The notes: a model not told the origin generated them from the sequence alone. A stretch of DNA of 64,000 nt from Dendrobates tinctorius (GCF_039654945.1 NW_027361878.1:31000001-31064000); one strand, 5' to 3'; counted from the stretch's first letter, positions 14,001 to 27,166 are shown. Numbers and translations are program-made.

Positions 14001-14881
14001 ACCGGACGATCAGGTAGGTCTGCTTCTCGCAGACACTAAACTAAAGTCCATTTGATAAATGCCTGTTGGTGGAAGAAGGAAACACTTGAACACTTATTGT
14101 CCACCAGCTATAACACAAAAGGTCTCATGGTCCGCAAACGAGATGACTAAGAAACAGAACTTTGTCCTACTGCACATAAGTGTTGTTCCATTTACATAAT
14201 TATGATATTCATGTAATTATTCATTCTGAAAATATGTATAGGAGGTCACCATTGTTTTTTGGTAATTACTATGCAGGAATCTTTGGCAGGTTAAAGAAGT
14301 TATCACGTACAAAGATCAGTTCTTCATCCAGCAAAACGAGACGACTGTGTGTGGAAGCAGACATCTAATGATGAAAAAGTTTTAAAACTTATTTTAATTT
14401 TTTATTTTATTCCAGCTGAAATTCAAAAGTAGCTGTTCTAGTATAGAGATGGCCGATGGTCTTTTACTCAGCCGGGGAATGCAAAAAGACACAATGTCCA
14501 AAATGTCATCAATGGAGAAAACATACGGTATGTACAAAGTGTGAAGATTCGAAAATGAACAGAAAATATACACATTGTATCACATACATTTATGTATATA
14601 CAGTTAGGTCCATATATATTTGGAGAGACATTTTTCTAATTTTGGTTCTAGACATTACCACAATGAATTTTAAACAAAACAATTCAGATGCAGTTGAAGT
14701 TCAGACTTTCAGCTTTCATTTGAGGGTATCCACATTAAAATTGGATGAAGGGTTTAGGAGGTTCAGCTCCTTAACATGTGCCACCTTGTTTTTAAAGGGA
14801 CCAAAAGTAATTGGACAATTGACTCCAAGGCTATTACATGGACAGGTGTGGGCAATCCCTTCGTTATGTCATTCTCAATTA

Positions 14882-15396
14882 GGCTACTTTCACACATCAG
14901 TTTTTTGCCGTCAGGCATGATCCGGCTTTTTTTAGAAAAAACGGATCCGGCATAAATTTTGGAGAACTGTAGAAACGGATCCGTTTTTTTGCTGGATCCG
15001 TCTCTGTTCCTGGAGGCTGGCCAATTGGATCTGAGCATGCGCAGACTTAAAAAAACCGGATCCGGTTGCTGGATCCGTCTTTTTCTGGATCCGGCGCATT
15101 CCGGCGCCCATAGACTTTCATTGTAGCAAAAAGCTGGAAGCACCGGATCCGGCGCTTCCGGCTTTTTCGCCGGAGACAAAAAACGTTACAGTAGACGTTT
15201 TTTCAAGACGCCGGAATGAGACAAGTTGCCGGATCCGGCAAAAAACGGATGAAACGCAATGCCATCCGGCACGATCCGGCGCTAATGCAAGTCAATGGGG
15301 AAAAAACGGATCCGGCATTGCATTTTGCCGGATCCGTTTTTTCCAAAAAAAGCCGGATCGCGCCTGAAGGCAAAAAACTGATGTGTGAAAGAGGCC
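14882..15396. mobile_element. Harbinger-type MITE (ggatccgg-rich family)
   Basis: TIRs ggctactttcacacatcag / ctgatgtgtgaaagaggcc, TTA TSD; a second copy lies at 47044-47552. Confidence 0.85.
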
Positions 15397-15400
15397 TTAA

Positions 15401-17830
15401 AGGGAAGGTGCCATCCAAAAAAATTTTTTCAGCAATTGAAAAAATGTAAAGAATTAATGTTTACATGTTCTTAAAATATATTATCATTTGTTTTTAATTT
15501 TGCAAAATGTAAAAAATAATTTTAAAAAGTTTGGCAATTCCACTTCTTAACACTAGGGGGAGTTGCTACTGAAATTTGGCACAAAAACCTAGTGTACAAC
15601 TAGCTCACATTACTGCACTGGAGTAATTATGGGCAGAATCTGCTGACATGGGTGTGGTGTCACTCCTCTCCTCCCCTTCTGGGTGTTTGCTAAGGGAAAA
15701 GAGAGGATGACATCTAGGAACACAGTGAGTAGCCATTTTGATGGGGCCTGCAAAGTTACTGACTGTCTTTGCACGTAAAGTCTGGATCAGAACAGGCCAT
15801 CAATCAGCAGACATGTTTCCTGGATTTCTGTGGAGCAGACAAGAAGACGGTCCATCCATGTGTATAAAACACAGCGTTCTATGTACAATCCCTGGCACCG
15901 AACAGGGCGCCCCCGCATAGACCAGCACACTGCTCTCCTAAAATACTTTGTGCTGCTGTCGCCCTGCTCCTTCCACCATACATTAGGCCCCTGTCGCCTC
16001 GCTTTCACACATTGCCAGGACGGGATCTGAGGAGAGGAATGGGGTCTTTGGTCACCAAGGATGGCAGGCAGCAAGGATTCTGGGAGCAGGGTGACAGCAG
16101 CACAGAGTATTTCAGGAGAGCATTGTGCTGGTCTATGGGGGCACAGAGGGAGATATATGGGGAGGAGCAGGGTGACAGCACCACAGAAATCCAGGAAACA
16201 TTTCTGCTGATTGATGGCCTGTTCTGATCCAGACTTTGCATGCAAAGACCCCATTCCCCTCCTCAGATCCTGTCCTGGCGATGTGTGAAAGCGAGGCGAC
16301 AGGCTCAGTCCGGGGTGACGCTGGGAAGCAGGCTGGGGGGAAATGGAGCCATTCAGTAACGATAAAAATGAGACCTCTCTCTTCAGCTGCCTCACCAGCC
16401 CTCCCCTGACTGCACCTATTACCCCTGACCCGTGTGCAGGTGCTCAGCCAGAACCACCCTAGAATGGGTCCCCTTTTAGCAGATAATACTGCCATAGTGT
16501 TCTCACATAATACCGCCATATACTTCACACAATACCACAATGTAGATCACACATAAAACCAGCAGGGTGACAGCAGCACAGCGTATTTCAGGAGAGCAGT
16601 ATCACACGGGATAGGATTAGATACACAGTTCAGCAGACTATCACACAGGATAGGCTTAGATACACAGCTCAGCAGTTAGTATCACACAGGATAGGATTAG
16701 ATACACAGCTCAGCAGACAGTATCACACAGGATAGGATTAGATACACGGCTCAGCAGTCAATATCACACAGGATAGGATTAGATACACGGCTCAGCAGAC
16801 AGTATCACATGGGATAGGATTAGATACACGGCTCAGCAGACAGTATCACACGGGATAGGATTAGATACACGGCTCAGCACAGTATCACATGGGATAGGAT
16901 TAGATACACAGCTCAGCAGTCAGTATCACACAGGAGAGGATTAGATACACGGCTCAGCAGTCAGTATTACACAGGATAGGATTAGATACACGGCTCAGCA
17001 CACAGTATCACACAGGAGAGGATTAGATACAGGGCTCAGCAGTCAGTATCACACAGGAGAGGATTAGATACATGGCTCAGCAGTCAGTATCACACAGGAT
17101 AGGATTAAATACACGGCTCAGCAGTCAGTATCACACAGGAGAGGATTAGATACAGGGCTCAGCAGTCAGTATCACACAGGAGAGGATTAGATACAGGGCT
17201 CAGCAGTATCACACAGGAGAGGATTAGATACAGGGCTCAGCAGTCAGTATCACACAGGAGAGGTTTAGATGTCCAGCAGATTGCCAAGTGTTTTGAAACA
17301 GCAGGGAGCAGCTCCTCCTATGTTTTGCAAGAGCAGGGGCAGCAGCTGGCCGTGTTTTGGAAAGAGCAGCTTGGTCTCCAGCAGCTTGTCCTGGTTCCTC
17401 TCCTGCAGCTGGTATGTGCAGAGTGAACATCCAAGCTGTTATGCTGGACCAGTACAGCATCCAGGGCTTGCAATAGAGTGTAAATGAAGCTAAGAGAAAA
17501 GCACTGGGCTCTAATAAGATGGCACCTGGCCACACCTACAGCTGTGAATTAAGCTGCCCACAGAGGCGTGGCCAGTTCACTCCTGATGCAGCTGCAATGA
17601 AAGAGATAGGGTCGGCAGCCGACTATTGTCTCTTATGCCCAGGGACTGCCGTAAATGAGCATGGAAAGTGTCGTTCAGCAGCCAGAGAGGTAAGATGGCA
17701 GCCCCCAGTGGCTGCATTACTACAGAAAAAAAAAATCCATACACACCACTGAGTCAAGCTTAGGGGACAATATCTTTTTATACTATTTTCTTTTTTACAT
17801 TAAATTATGAAAAAACACGGCACCTTCCCT
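15401..17830. mobile_element. Kolobok/T2-type non-autonomous element (TTAA TSD) containing a 41-bp minisatellite
   Basis: TTAA|agggaaggtgcc ... ggcaccttccct|TTAA. Confidence 0.85.
16600..17270. repeat. ~41-bp minisatellite (ggataggattagatacacggctcagcagtcagtatcacaca)
   Basis: Visible tandem array. Confidence 0.9.
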
Positions 17831-17904
17831 TTAAGCAACTAAAAGGCCTGAAGTTGATTTGAGGTGTGGTGCTTGCATTTGGAAGGTGTTACTGTGAAGG
17901 AAAC

Positions 17905-18939
17905 ATGCGGTCAAAGGAGCTCTCCATGCAGGTGAAACAAGCCATCCTTAAGCTGCAAAAACAGAAAAAACCCGTCCGAGAAATTGCTACAACATTAGGA
18001 GTGGCAAAATCTACAGTTTGTTACATCCTGAGAAAGAAAGCACTGGTGAACTCATCAATGCAAAAAGACCTGGGCGCCCACGGAAGACAACAGTGGTGGA
18101 GGATCGCAGAATAGTCTCCATGGTGAAGAGAAACCCCTTCACAACAGCCAACCAAGTGAACAACACTCTCCAGGAGGTAGGCGTATCAATATCCAAATCT
18201 ACCATAAAGAGAAGACTGCATGAAAGTAAATACAGAGGGTTCACTGCACGCTGCAAGCCACTCATAAGCATCAAGAATCAAAAGGCTAGACTGGACTTTG
18301 CTAAAAAAACATCTAAAAAAGCCAGCACAGTTCTGGAAGAACATTCTTTGAACAGATGAAACCAAGATCAACCTCTACCAGAATGATGGAAAGAGAAAAG
18401 TATGGCGAAGGCGTGGTACAGCTCATGATCCAAAGCATACCACATCATCTGTAAAACACGGCGGAGGCAGTGTGATGGCTTGGGCATGCATGGCTGCCAG
18501 TGGCACTGGGTCACTAGTGTTTATTGATGATGTGACACAGGACAGAAGCAGACGAATGAATTCTGAGGTATTCAGAGCCATACTGTGTGCTCAGATCCAG
18601 CCAAATGCAGCCAAACTGATTGGTCGTCGTTTCATACTACAGATGGACAATGACCCAAAACATAAAGCCAAAGCAACCCAGGAGTTTATTAAAGCAAAGA
18701 AGTGGAATATTCTTGAATGGCCAAATCAGTCACCTGATCTCAACCCAATTGAGCATGCATTTTACTTGTTAAAGACTAAACTTCAGACAGAAAGGCCCAC
18801 AAACAAACAGCAACTGAAAACCACCGCAGTGAAGGCCTGGCAGAGCATCAAAAAGGAGGAAACACAGCGTCTGGTGATGTCCATGAGTTCAAGACTTCAG
18901 GCAGTCATTGCCAACAAAGGGTTTTCAACCAAGTACTAG
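17905..18939 (+). pseudogene. Tc1 DD34E transposase, two frameshifts (~18040, ~18310)
   Basis: MRSKELSMQVKQAI... HTH region, RPGRPRKT, TDETKINL, MDNDPKH...WPNQSPDLNPIEH, C-terminal NKGFSTKY*; spread over three reading frames. Confidence 0.9.
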
Positions 18940-20559
18940 AAATGAACATTTTATTTACAATTATTTAATCTGTCCAATTACTTTTGGTCCCTTTAAAAAC
19001 CAGGTGACATGTTAAGGAGCTGAAACTCCTAAACCCTTCATCCAATTTTAATGTAGATACCCTCAAATGAAAGCTGAAAGTCTGAACTTCAACTGCATCT
19101 GAATTTTGTTTAAAATTCATTGTGGTAATGTCTAGAACCAAAATTATAAAAATGTTGTCTCTGTCCAAATATATATGGACCTAACTGTATATATACACAT
19201 GCTACAAAAAGGCCATCCAACCACATGATGTATATCAGTGTTTCCTAAATTCCAGTCCTCAGGGCCCCCAACAGATCATGTTTTCAGGATTTCTTTAATA
19301 TTGCACAGGTGACAGAATTACTAAGGCATCAGAAACTGCAATACTAGGGAAATCCTAAAAACAGGATCTATGGGGAATCGTGAGGACATGAATTTGGGAA
19401 TCCTTGATGTATATCATATCTATGTGTAAATAGAATCTAGAAACGGCACAAATTAAAATGAAATAAAATCACAATATTCAATACTACATCACAAATAAAC
19501 TAAAAATGAGTAAGTGATAATGCGACATCGGGAGGGTAAAAGATAGCTGGTTTATTATATCACACCTAAGTATGAAAGTATAAGAAAAACAAGAATGAGT
19601 GCGCTTTTGTTTTACCTTTCATTTGCACCTTATTCTTTTAATTTGTGTCTTTTGTAATATGTTGCTTTTTTTTTTTATCTTTTACATATATGCGTTCGCA
19701 GTTTTGTTTACACTCATCATTGTGGATATTTCCAGACGTTTTCAGCCAATTAATCAATTGTGACTTTGTTTATTTATTTTTTTAAGTCGCTAAAGTTTTA
19801 TAACAATTCATTCCAGTCCCCCGCTGGAGAGATTTTATGTTCATCTAAATTTGTTGCACAATTTGAAACGTTTTAATCGAGACATTTGACTTTATGCCCT
19901 AAAAAAAAAAAAAAAAAATTTTTTACAAAAAGAGCATTTTTTTTTAATTTTGTGCAAAGATTCATGAACCGCATGCGGAATTTTGAATCATTTAGCACGA
20001 GCAGGAAACATCAATGAATACGACCAGACAAACTAAACACAAAATGATGACATGGACCCAAACTGTAAGAAAGGTACAGAATAGTGACGAGCGAAGGTGC
20101 TGGGATAAGGTGTTATCTGAGCATGCTCAGGTGATAACCGAGTATCTTCGGCGTGCTCGAACAATATGTTTGAGTCCCCGTGGCTGCATGTCTCATGGCT
20201 GTTCAACAGCAGCAACACATGCAGGGATTGCCTACTAAAAGAGTGGAGTGATGCACTTTAATCTTGTTTGGTCCATACTCTGATTCGTGGTGGATTTATT
20301 GTTACGTCGGCCCTATGTCACATCCCTTATATGAGTTATCTTTTGTTTATTTGGGATGTAGCAATTAGTTCAAATTGTGATTTCTTTTTATTTCTGCCAT
20401 TAATGCCTTATGCATTCTCACAGGTGTGTAACATGCCCTACAACTCAGTTGTAGATGTGTCCATCACAGATGATCCTGCCGCAGTGGCAGCATCAGGTCT
20501 CTTTATCAGGCACTCAAGTCTGCTCTCTGGAAATATTACAACATATTAATCCCAGATCT

Positions 20560-20740
20560 TCACTCTTTCTCTTCCTCTTCGTCCTCGCTTTCTTCTTCGC
20601 TCTCGGATTCCTCTTCGCTGTCTTCATAGTAGACTCGGTTCGTGTTGACAAACAGGTCACTGTCATCTTCTGTGTCGTCATCCTCATCTACCACCCCTGT
20701 CTTCTTGCTTTGGGTGTTCTGCGATTCTGCTCCTTTGTTG
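20560..20740 (-). CDS. EIF1AD: EIF1AD last coding exon (acidic tail, SDLFVNTNR motif)
   Basis: ag acceptor at 20741-20742, phase 2; (S)NKGAESQ...DDSDLFVNTNRVYYEDSEEESE...KE*. Confidence 0.92.
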
Positions 20741-21467
20741 CTACAGTGAAAATGAGAAATAAAATAAAAGTACACCCAATTTGCTTAATGATGAGCGAGC
20801 GTACTGGGATAAGGTGTTATCCGAGCATGCCCATATCGAGTATTTTTGGAGTGCTCGAATACTATGTTCGAGTCCCCGCGGCTGCATGTCTCACAGCTGT
20901 TTGTCATGACATGAAGCATTTTTTTGATCATGTCGAAAATACTCGATTAGGACAGGAGCATGCTCAGATAACACCTTATCCAAGTACGCTCGCTCATGAC
21001 TACATCACTGTTAAGCCACCACTCCACTGGCGCACCAATGAATGATACGATCATTTAAAGGGCACTACACTGCAAGATATAGTCAGCCTTCAAGATGATC
21101 CCGCGGCACATCCACATATATAACCAGACTGATATGCTGGATAAACAAAGACATATCTGCTGCATCCCAATTTTTACATACAAGAAAAAACAGACCGATC
21201 ATCTAGAATACATCATCAGAAAAACATCAGATGACACGCTCTTCTAGTCTACTGACCGCTGCAGTCAATCACAGGTTGCAGCGTTGTTATGACTTCTGAA
21301 CGGAGCAAGATTCACCTCCTGAGTCAGCGCAGAACTCTGGAGTGATCTACGCTAGATCGGCCAGGGCATTGGAGGATGAGCATGCCATCTTTTTTACTAT
21401 TATTATTTTAAGCCATACAAAATGTTAGTTTCATATGCTGGACAAATCCTTTGAATTTTCTTTTTAA

Positions 21468-22072
21468 AGGGAGTCTGTCACCCCATTTTTCGAGTATCAG
21501 CTGCGGGCAACGCCATCAGGGGCTTATCTACAGCATTCTGTAGTGCTGTAGATAAGCTCCCGATGTAACCTGAAAGATAAGAAAAATGAGTTATATTATA
21601 CTCACCCGGGGGCGGTCCGGCCTTGGTCCGATGGGTGTTGCGGTCCGGCGCCTCCCATCTTCTAACGGTGACGTCCTCTTCTTTGCTGCCTATCATGGCT
21701 CCTGCGCAGGTGCACTGCTCTGCCCGATTGAGGGCATAGCAGAAAACTGCAGTGCGCAGGTGCCGGACCTCTCCCGGCGCCTGCAGGACTCTGCTCTGCC
21801 TTCAACAGAGCAGAGCAGTGCACCTGCGCAGGAGCCACGATAGGCAGCAAAGAAGAGGACGTCACCGTTAGAAGATGGGAGGTGCCGGACCGCAACACCC
21901 ATCGGACCAAGGCCGGACCGCCCCTGGGTGAGTATAATACAACTCATTTTTTTTTTTTCTTATTTTTCTGGTTACATCGGGGGCTTATCTACAGAATTAC
22001 AGAATGCTGGAGATAAGCCCCTGATGTCGGTGCCGGCAGCTGATACTCGAAAAATGGGGTGACAGATTCCCT
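21468..22072. mobile_element. Kolobok/T2-type palindromic MITE in EIF1AD intron
   Basis: TTAA|agggagtctgtcacccc ... ggggtgacagattccct|TTAA; near-perfect ~300-bp arms. Confidence 0.9.
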
Positions 22073-22122
22073 TTAAATAACCAAGAAAATATCACACAAA
22101 GTGAATGAAACGAAAAACATAC

Positions 22123-22176
22123 CTATCTTTTTCCTTTGCAGAATTTTCTGCATCTTCTTTATTAAAACCTAAAGGC
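22123..22176 (-). CDS. EIF1AD: EIF1AD coding exon 4
   Basis: ag/gt flanked, 54 bp, phase 2 to 2: (W)PLGFNKEDAENSAKEKD(S). Confidence 0.82.
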
Positions 22177-22819
22177 CTTAAAAATAATAAAGAAAAAAAA
22201 ATTGTTATATTAATATTTACTATAAATAATGAATCTCGGCCGCCCTGCTGATATTGCTGCACATACACGGAGAAGAAGAAAACTTTGTATAACAGTACAA
22301 GAGAAGGATCTGGGTATTCTGGTGACTCAACGCCAAGCAGCAGCAGCAAAAGCAAATTAATGTCCTGATTGACGCGTTTCAAAGTGATACTTATTCATAA
22401 CCTGATGTGAAAATGCAGCTGCATCACTTCGAAACGCGTCAACCACGACATTAATTTTCTCTTGGGACTTTCTCCTCGGATGACACACTTATCCATTTCA
22501 GAAAGTGGATTTTATCTTGAATCATGTTTTTACTGATAAAACATTTTTAAATAAAGTTTTGCAATTTATTTTTTAAGTGCTGGACCAACTTTCTCTTCTT
22601 TATGGGGTACTTTAATAATTACCTGCAAGGGTAAATAAAATCCCTTGAATTAATGGCATATGTTAGTTTCTACGAGTTCATGGATTATACACGGAGGATC
22701 TGTAATTGGGTTTGTGCTCGCCGGGGCACCAACGCTGGGAATTTGCACTATTTTGGTGATACTCCATGGTGAAGATATGAGTAGATAACAGGTCTAGCAC
22801 TGTCCAGGAAGCATCTTAC

Positions 22820-22928
22820 CACAGGCCTTCTTTCTGTAGGAGGCGTTGGTGATCCTTATAGATGATAAAAGTGATCTCTGCCTTCACTTTTTCCCCTTCG
22901 GCGATAGGATCGACAATGATAAAATCAC
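22820..22928 (-). CDS. EIF1AD: EIF1AD coding exon 3
   Basis: (G)[35 protein letters not shown](W); ag/gtaag sites; matches the EIF1AD S1-like domain. Confidence 0.95.
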
Positions 22929-23201
22929 CTAGGCAGAAGAATACTCGTTGTGAGGACACAGCACATGGCAGACAGGTGAGCGGTCGTCACTGATCTCAAT
23001 GAGTCACATATAGACGACTCCCTGAGGCCTTAGGAAAATATATTGTGCCAGTTTTCGCAGCATGAAGGCATTCTTAACAGTGCTTCCCGGTGAAAACAGC
23101 AGCGTCTCACTGAGACATACAGCAGAGGTGACCACAAAGCTGTGTGATTTTCAAAGGGGATATCTGGGACTTTGCAAGAAAAAAAAAAAAATGTACCTAA
23201 G

Positions 23202-23477
23202 TAGTGATGAGCGAGTATGCTCAGGTTCTCCGAGTATTTGGATGTGCTCGGAGATTTAGTTTCTATTGCAGCAGCTGCATGATTTGCGGCTACTTGACAG
23301 CCTGAATACATGTGGGAATTCCCTAACAGGCACTCCTCACATGTATTCAGGCTGTCAAGTAGCCGCACATCATGCAGCTGCTGCAATAGAAACCATCTCC
23401 GAGCGCATGCAAATACTTGGAGATCACCTGAGCATGCTCGGGGAAACCCGAGCAACGAGTATACTCGCTCATCACTA
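23202..23477. mobile_element. hAT-type palindromic MITE (tagtgatgagcga family)
   Basis: TIR tagtgatgagcga / tcgctcatcacta with perfect 8-bp TSD tacctaag. Confidence 0.9.
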
Positions 23478-24429
23478 TACCTAAGCACTAACTTGCAGGT
23501 AGTTGCTGCTTACCTGCTTGCTGTGTCCAGCGCCGTTCTTCGCCTGCACAGACCGGTCCCGCAGGTAATTCAGCTTACGTCATGTTGACAGAACGGGAGA
23601 TTCTTTTTTACCCTGCTCTGTTGACGTGTGACTGCCGCTTCCTGCTGATTGACAGCCGGACTCCTCAGGTAGAGGGGATTCAGCTGTCAATCAGCATGAC
23701 GTTGTCAGTCACGGCCTGTCAATAGAGCAGAGAGGGAGAAAAGCCGCCGTTCTGTAGACATGACGTCAGCAGAGGCAGCTGAATCACCGGCAAGAGCGGT
23801 CTGTACCGGCGAAGAACAGCGCTGAGCAGAACAGGCAGATAGACAGCAACTACCTGCGTATTATTATTTTTTTTTTTTTTTACAAGGCCGGGATCAGATG
23901 AGCAAATGAAAAAATGTCCAGATTCAGCCAGAAAACTTGCATGAGTTTCATCCATATTGTCATCTGTGGGTCTGATTTTTCTTACATCCATATAACTATT
24001 CAGTTGAATAGGGGCAGATGTGCAGTAACTGGCAGCGACCACTATACAATTGGCGGAGCTGTGCTGTTCTGCTCCACAACTGATGATCTCCACAAGCACC
24101 AGGAATGAATAGGTAATTGTTGGGGGTGCCAGTTGTCGCAACTCCACCATTCAATATTGATAGGTCATCAATATAAAAGTACTGGACAACCCCTTTAATA
24201 ATGGCAATGTATCTATAAAAATTGGATGCTAACCAGATGAACCATATGGAGCCCAATTTTTATTGGACCTACATAGTCTTGTATATGTGAGGCTCAACCA
24301 ATACTCTGAAGAGAACAATGCATGGCTACCTATTTTTTCAAATGGACACCCAAACCGAAAATCCACAAAAAAAAAATATGTAGGAAAAAAAGGAAACACA
24401 TTATGTACCGAAGTCATGTAGGAGTGTAA

Positions 24430-25586
24430 GGCTGTGTGCCAACGTTGCGTTTTTAAGCATTTTTGCCGCTTTTTTTCCGCAGTGGAAAAGCTTAAACGCT
24501 ATTAAAATGCATCCCATGCAATCTTATGGGATTCCGCAGTTGCTGTGCCCATGCTGTGGATTTTACCTCTGCGGAATCGCATAGCGGTAAAATCCGCAGC
24601 ATGTTCATTATTTCTGCGGAATCGCGATTCAGCACCCATAGGATTGCATTGAAAAGCTCACTTTACGCACGTGGCTATGCCCACCATGTGTAAAGTGAGC
24701 GCTTCATGTGCTGATGGTACCCAGAGTCTGGAGGAGAGGAGACTGTCCTCCAGGCCCTGGGTACCATAATCCTGGAAAAAATAGAATTAAAATAAAAAGT
24801 AGTGATATACTCACCTTCTGATGGCCCCCGGAGTCTTTCCCGCCCTCAGCCACGCTGCCGGCATCTTCTGGTCCCAGGGATGCACTGTGCGAATTTATCT
24901 GAGAATGACGTCACAGTCTTGCAAGCGTGACATCATCTGGGGTAAAATTCTCACAATGCATCTCTGGGACCGGAAGGTATCGGGAGCGTCGCTGAGGAGA
25001 TCGGGGGCCGTCAGAAGGTGAGAATAACCATATTTTTTTTTTTTTTACATTCTATCTTTTACAATTGATGCTGCATAGGCGGCCTCAATAGTAAAAAGTT
25101 GGTCACACTCGTCAAGCACTATGTTTGACGAGTGTGACCAACCTGTCATTCACCATTCCAAGCCATGCTTCAGATCGCTTGGAAAGCGAAAGCATTCCGC
25201 AAGCTAAAAACGCTTGTGTCTTGCGGAAAAACGCATGCAAATTTCGTATGCGTTTTTCCCGCGGCAGGGAGTTGCGGAAGTGCTGCTGACATTTCCGCAG
25301 CATTTCTGCAACGTGGGCACATAGCCAAAGGCTATGTTCACAAAAATGTTTGCTGTGTTTTGTTTTCTCATTACTTTTTATGAGTGGAAAAAAAAAAAAA
25401 AAAACGCTGAAAGAATTGACAGATATCAAATCAAAAACGCTGCAGTGCTCAAACTGAGTCAGGATAAAAAATTTGCTCAAGCCGATGCCAGAAATTTCTG
25501 AAATCTCATAGCTTTCTTGGTACAGTAAAAAGCAGTTTCTTTTGTGCAGGAAAAAAAAAAAAAAAACACCATGTGTGAACATAGCC
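24430..25586. mobile_element. Two tandem Harbinger-type MITEs (24430-25326 and ~25330-25586)
   Basis: Termini ggctgtgtgcc...gggcacatagcc and ggctatgttcaca...tgtgaacatagcc|taa; the first is related, in inverted orientation, to 30087-30892. Confidence 0.7.
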
Positions 25587-25622
25587 TAATACTCCATGAA
25601 AAGTTTCCTGAGGTCCTGTTAC

Positions 25623-25731
25623 CTCTCTTGATCCAGATGTTCTTTCGGAATTTTGTGGGCATACTGGCTAAAAAGCGGTCACCTTCCGCAGTCTCGACCT
25701 CATGGAGATTATTGCCAGGGCTCCCTAAAAC
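25623..25731 (-). CDS. EIF1AD: EIF1AD coding exon 2
   Basis: [36 protein letters not shown](G); ag/gt flanked, 109 bp. Confidence 0.96.
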
Positions 25732-25922
25732 CTAAAAACACAAGAAATGTAAAATAATTGTGGCACAACATGTAAGACACTTATTCACATTTATTCTTTA
25801 TACCTCCTCATTGAGGCTGATGCACATATAGACTATATTTAGTTTTAAGACATTTGCACCTTTTTTCAAAACTATTCACATAGGTGCAAAACATGTAAGG
25901 GCTACAGCTCACACCTTGTCAT

Positions 25923-26233
25923 TAGTGATGAGCGAACGTGCTGGGATAAGGTGTTATCTGAGCATGCTCGGGTGCTAAACGAGTGATTTCGACGTGCTCG
26001 AATAATATGTTCGAGTCCCCGCGGCTGCATGTCTCGTGGCTGTTCGACAGCAGCAACACATGTTGGGATTCCCTAACAAACCAGATATCCCTGCATGTGT
26101 TGCAGCTGTCTAACAGCAACGAGACATGCAGCCGCGGGGACTCGAACATATTATTCCAGCACGGTGAAGACACTTGATTAGCACGTGAGCATGCTCAGAT
26201 AACACCTTATCCCAGCACGCTTGCTCATGACTA
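25923..26233. mobile_element. hAT-type palindromic MITE (tagtgatgagcga family)
   Basis: 8-bp TSD cttgtcat on both sides. Partial or diverged copies also at ~355-415, 12017-12160, 20082-20235, 20787-21002 and 32340-32585. Confidence 0.88.
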
Positions 26234-27166
26234 CTTGTCATCTATGTTCATTGAAATCTTATTAAGATGGCCATACATATTAATTAGCGTTCATTCAAAA
26301 GACACAGAAGGGAAAAAGCGGCTGCCGATCACTGCTGACTTCCAGTGGTAACAACGGATCTGCATTTAGGGGAGAGTTGGGTGGCCCTGATTCACATTAG
26401 ATTTCTGATCTTCATTCTTATATCATGAGCAGAATCAGTTTTCACTGAAGAATGATGTTCCCATTACTGAGATAGGAGCTGGCAGTTGGTGCTTATAAAA
26501 TTCTACAGAAGGAGGAGGAGCTCGATGCCAACACAGATGCTGCTACAATTTCTGCAAAAATAACAGTTAGGGTATGTTCACACATTGCATTTTTGCTGTG
26601 TTTTTTTATTTTTCTGCAGGCAAAACCTGCTCTCTTGGCAGTAAAGACGCTGCTTATAAAAAGCTGCATTTTTGTCTTTGTTTTTGCAGTGCATGTTTAA
26701 TAAAGCCCAAAACTCAGCAAATGCGCACAGTTGTGTTTTTGTGCTGATTTATGCATGTTCTCATTGCTTAAGAGAGGTCAATGGGTCATATCCGATTTTG
26801 GATGGCCGATCACATTGATCTCCTGCAGTAGGCCGAGGTGTCAGAATGGGGCACTTCTATCCTAGTTGGAATGGAGTGGAAATACGCAGGCTCCACCATT
26901 CACTCTCTATGGGACTGTTGCAGCGCTGTACTCCCGCTTTCTCTGACAAGCCTTTAGTGAATTAAAGGAGCGGTGGTCGAGCATGTAGCACACCGCCGCT
27001 CCCTTCTGACTGGGATGAAAGTGTCCCGTGCTGTTGATTAGTGCGGGTCCCAGCAGTTCGACCACCACCCATCTAAAAGTTATTGAATGTCATGTAGACA
27101 GAACCGTCATAGGCATTAAAGGTGAACCCACATTAAAGAGGTTTCCCAGCACCACTATCCCATTTA

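Larger units (their letters stand above)
14601..19187 (+). mobile_element. Tc1-family transposon with ~220-bp TIRs, interrupted by two adjacent insertions
   Basis: TA|cagttaggtccatatatatttgga ... tccaaatatatatggacctaactg|TA; long inverted ends at 14601-14822 and ~18968-19187. Confidence 0.93.

Noticed and set aside
20455-21045. 196-aa hydrophobic, membrane-protein-like ORF
   Set aside because: Antisense of the acidic last exon of EIF1AD running into a MITE.
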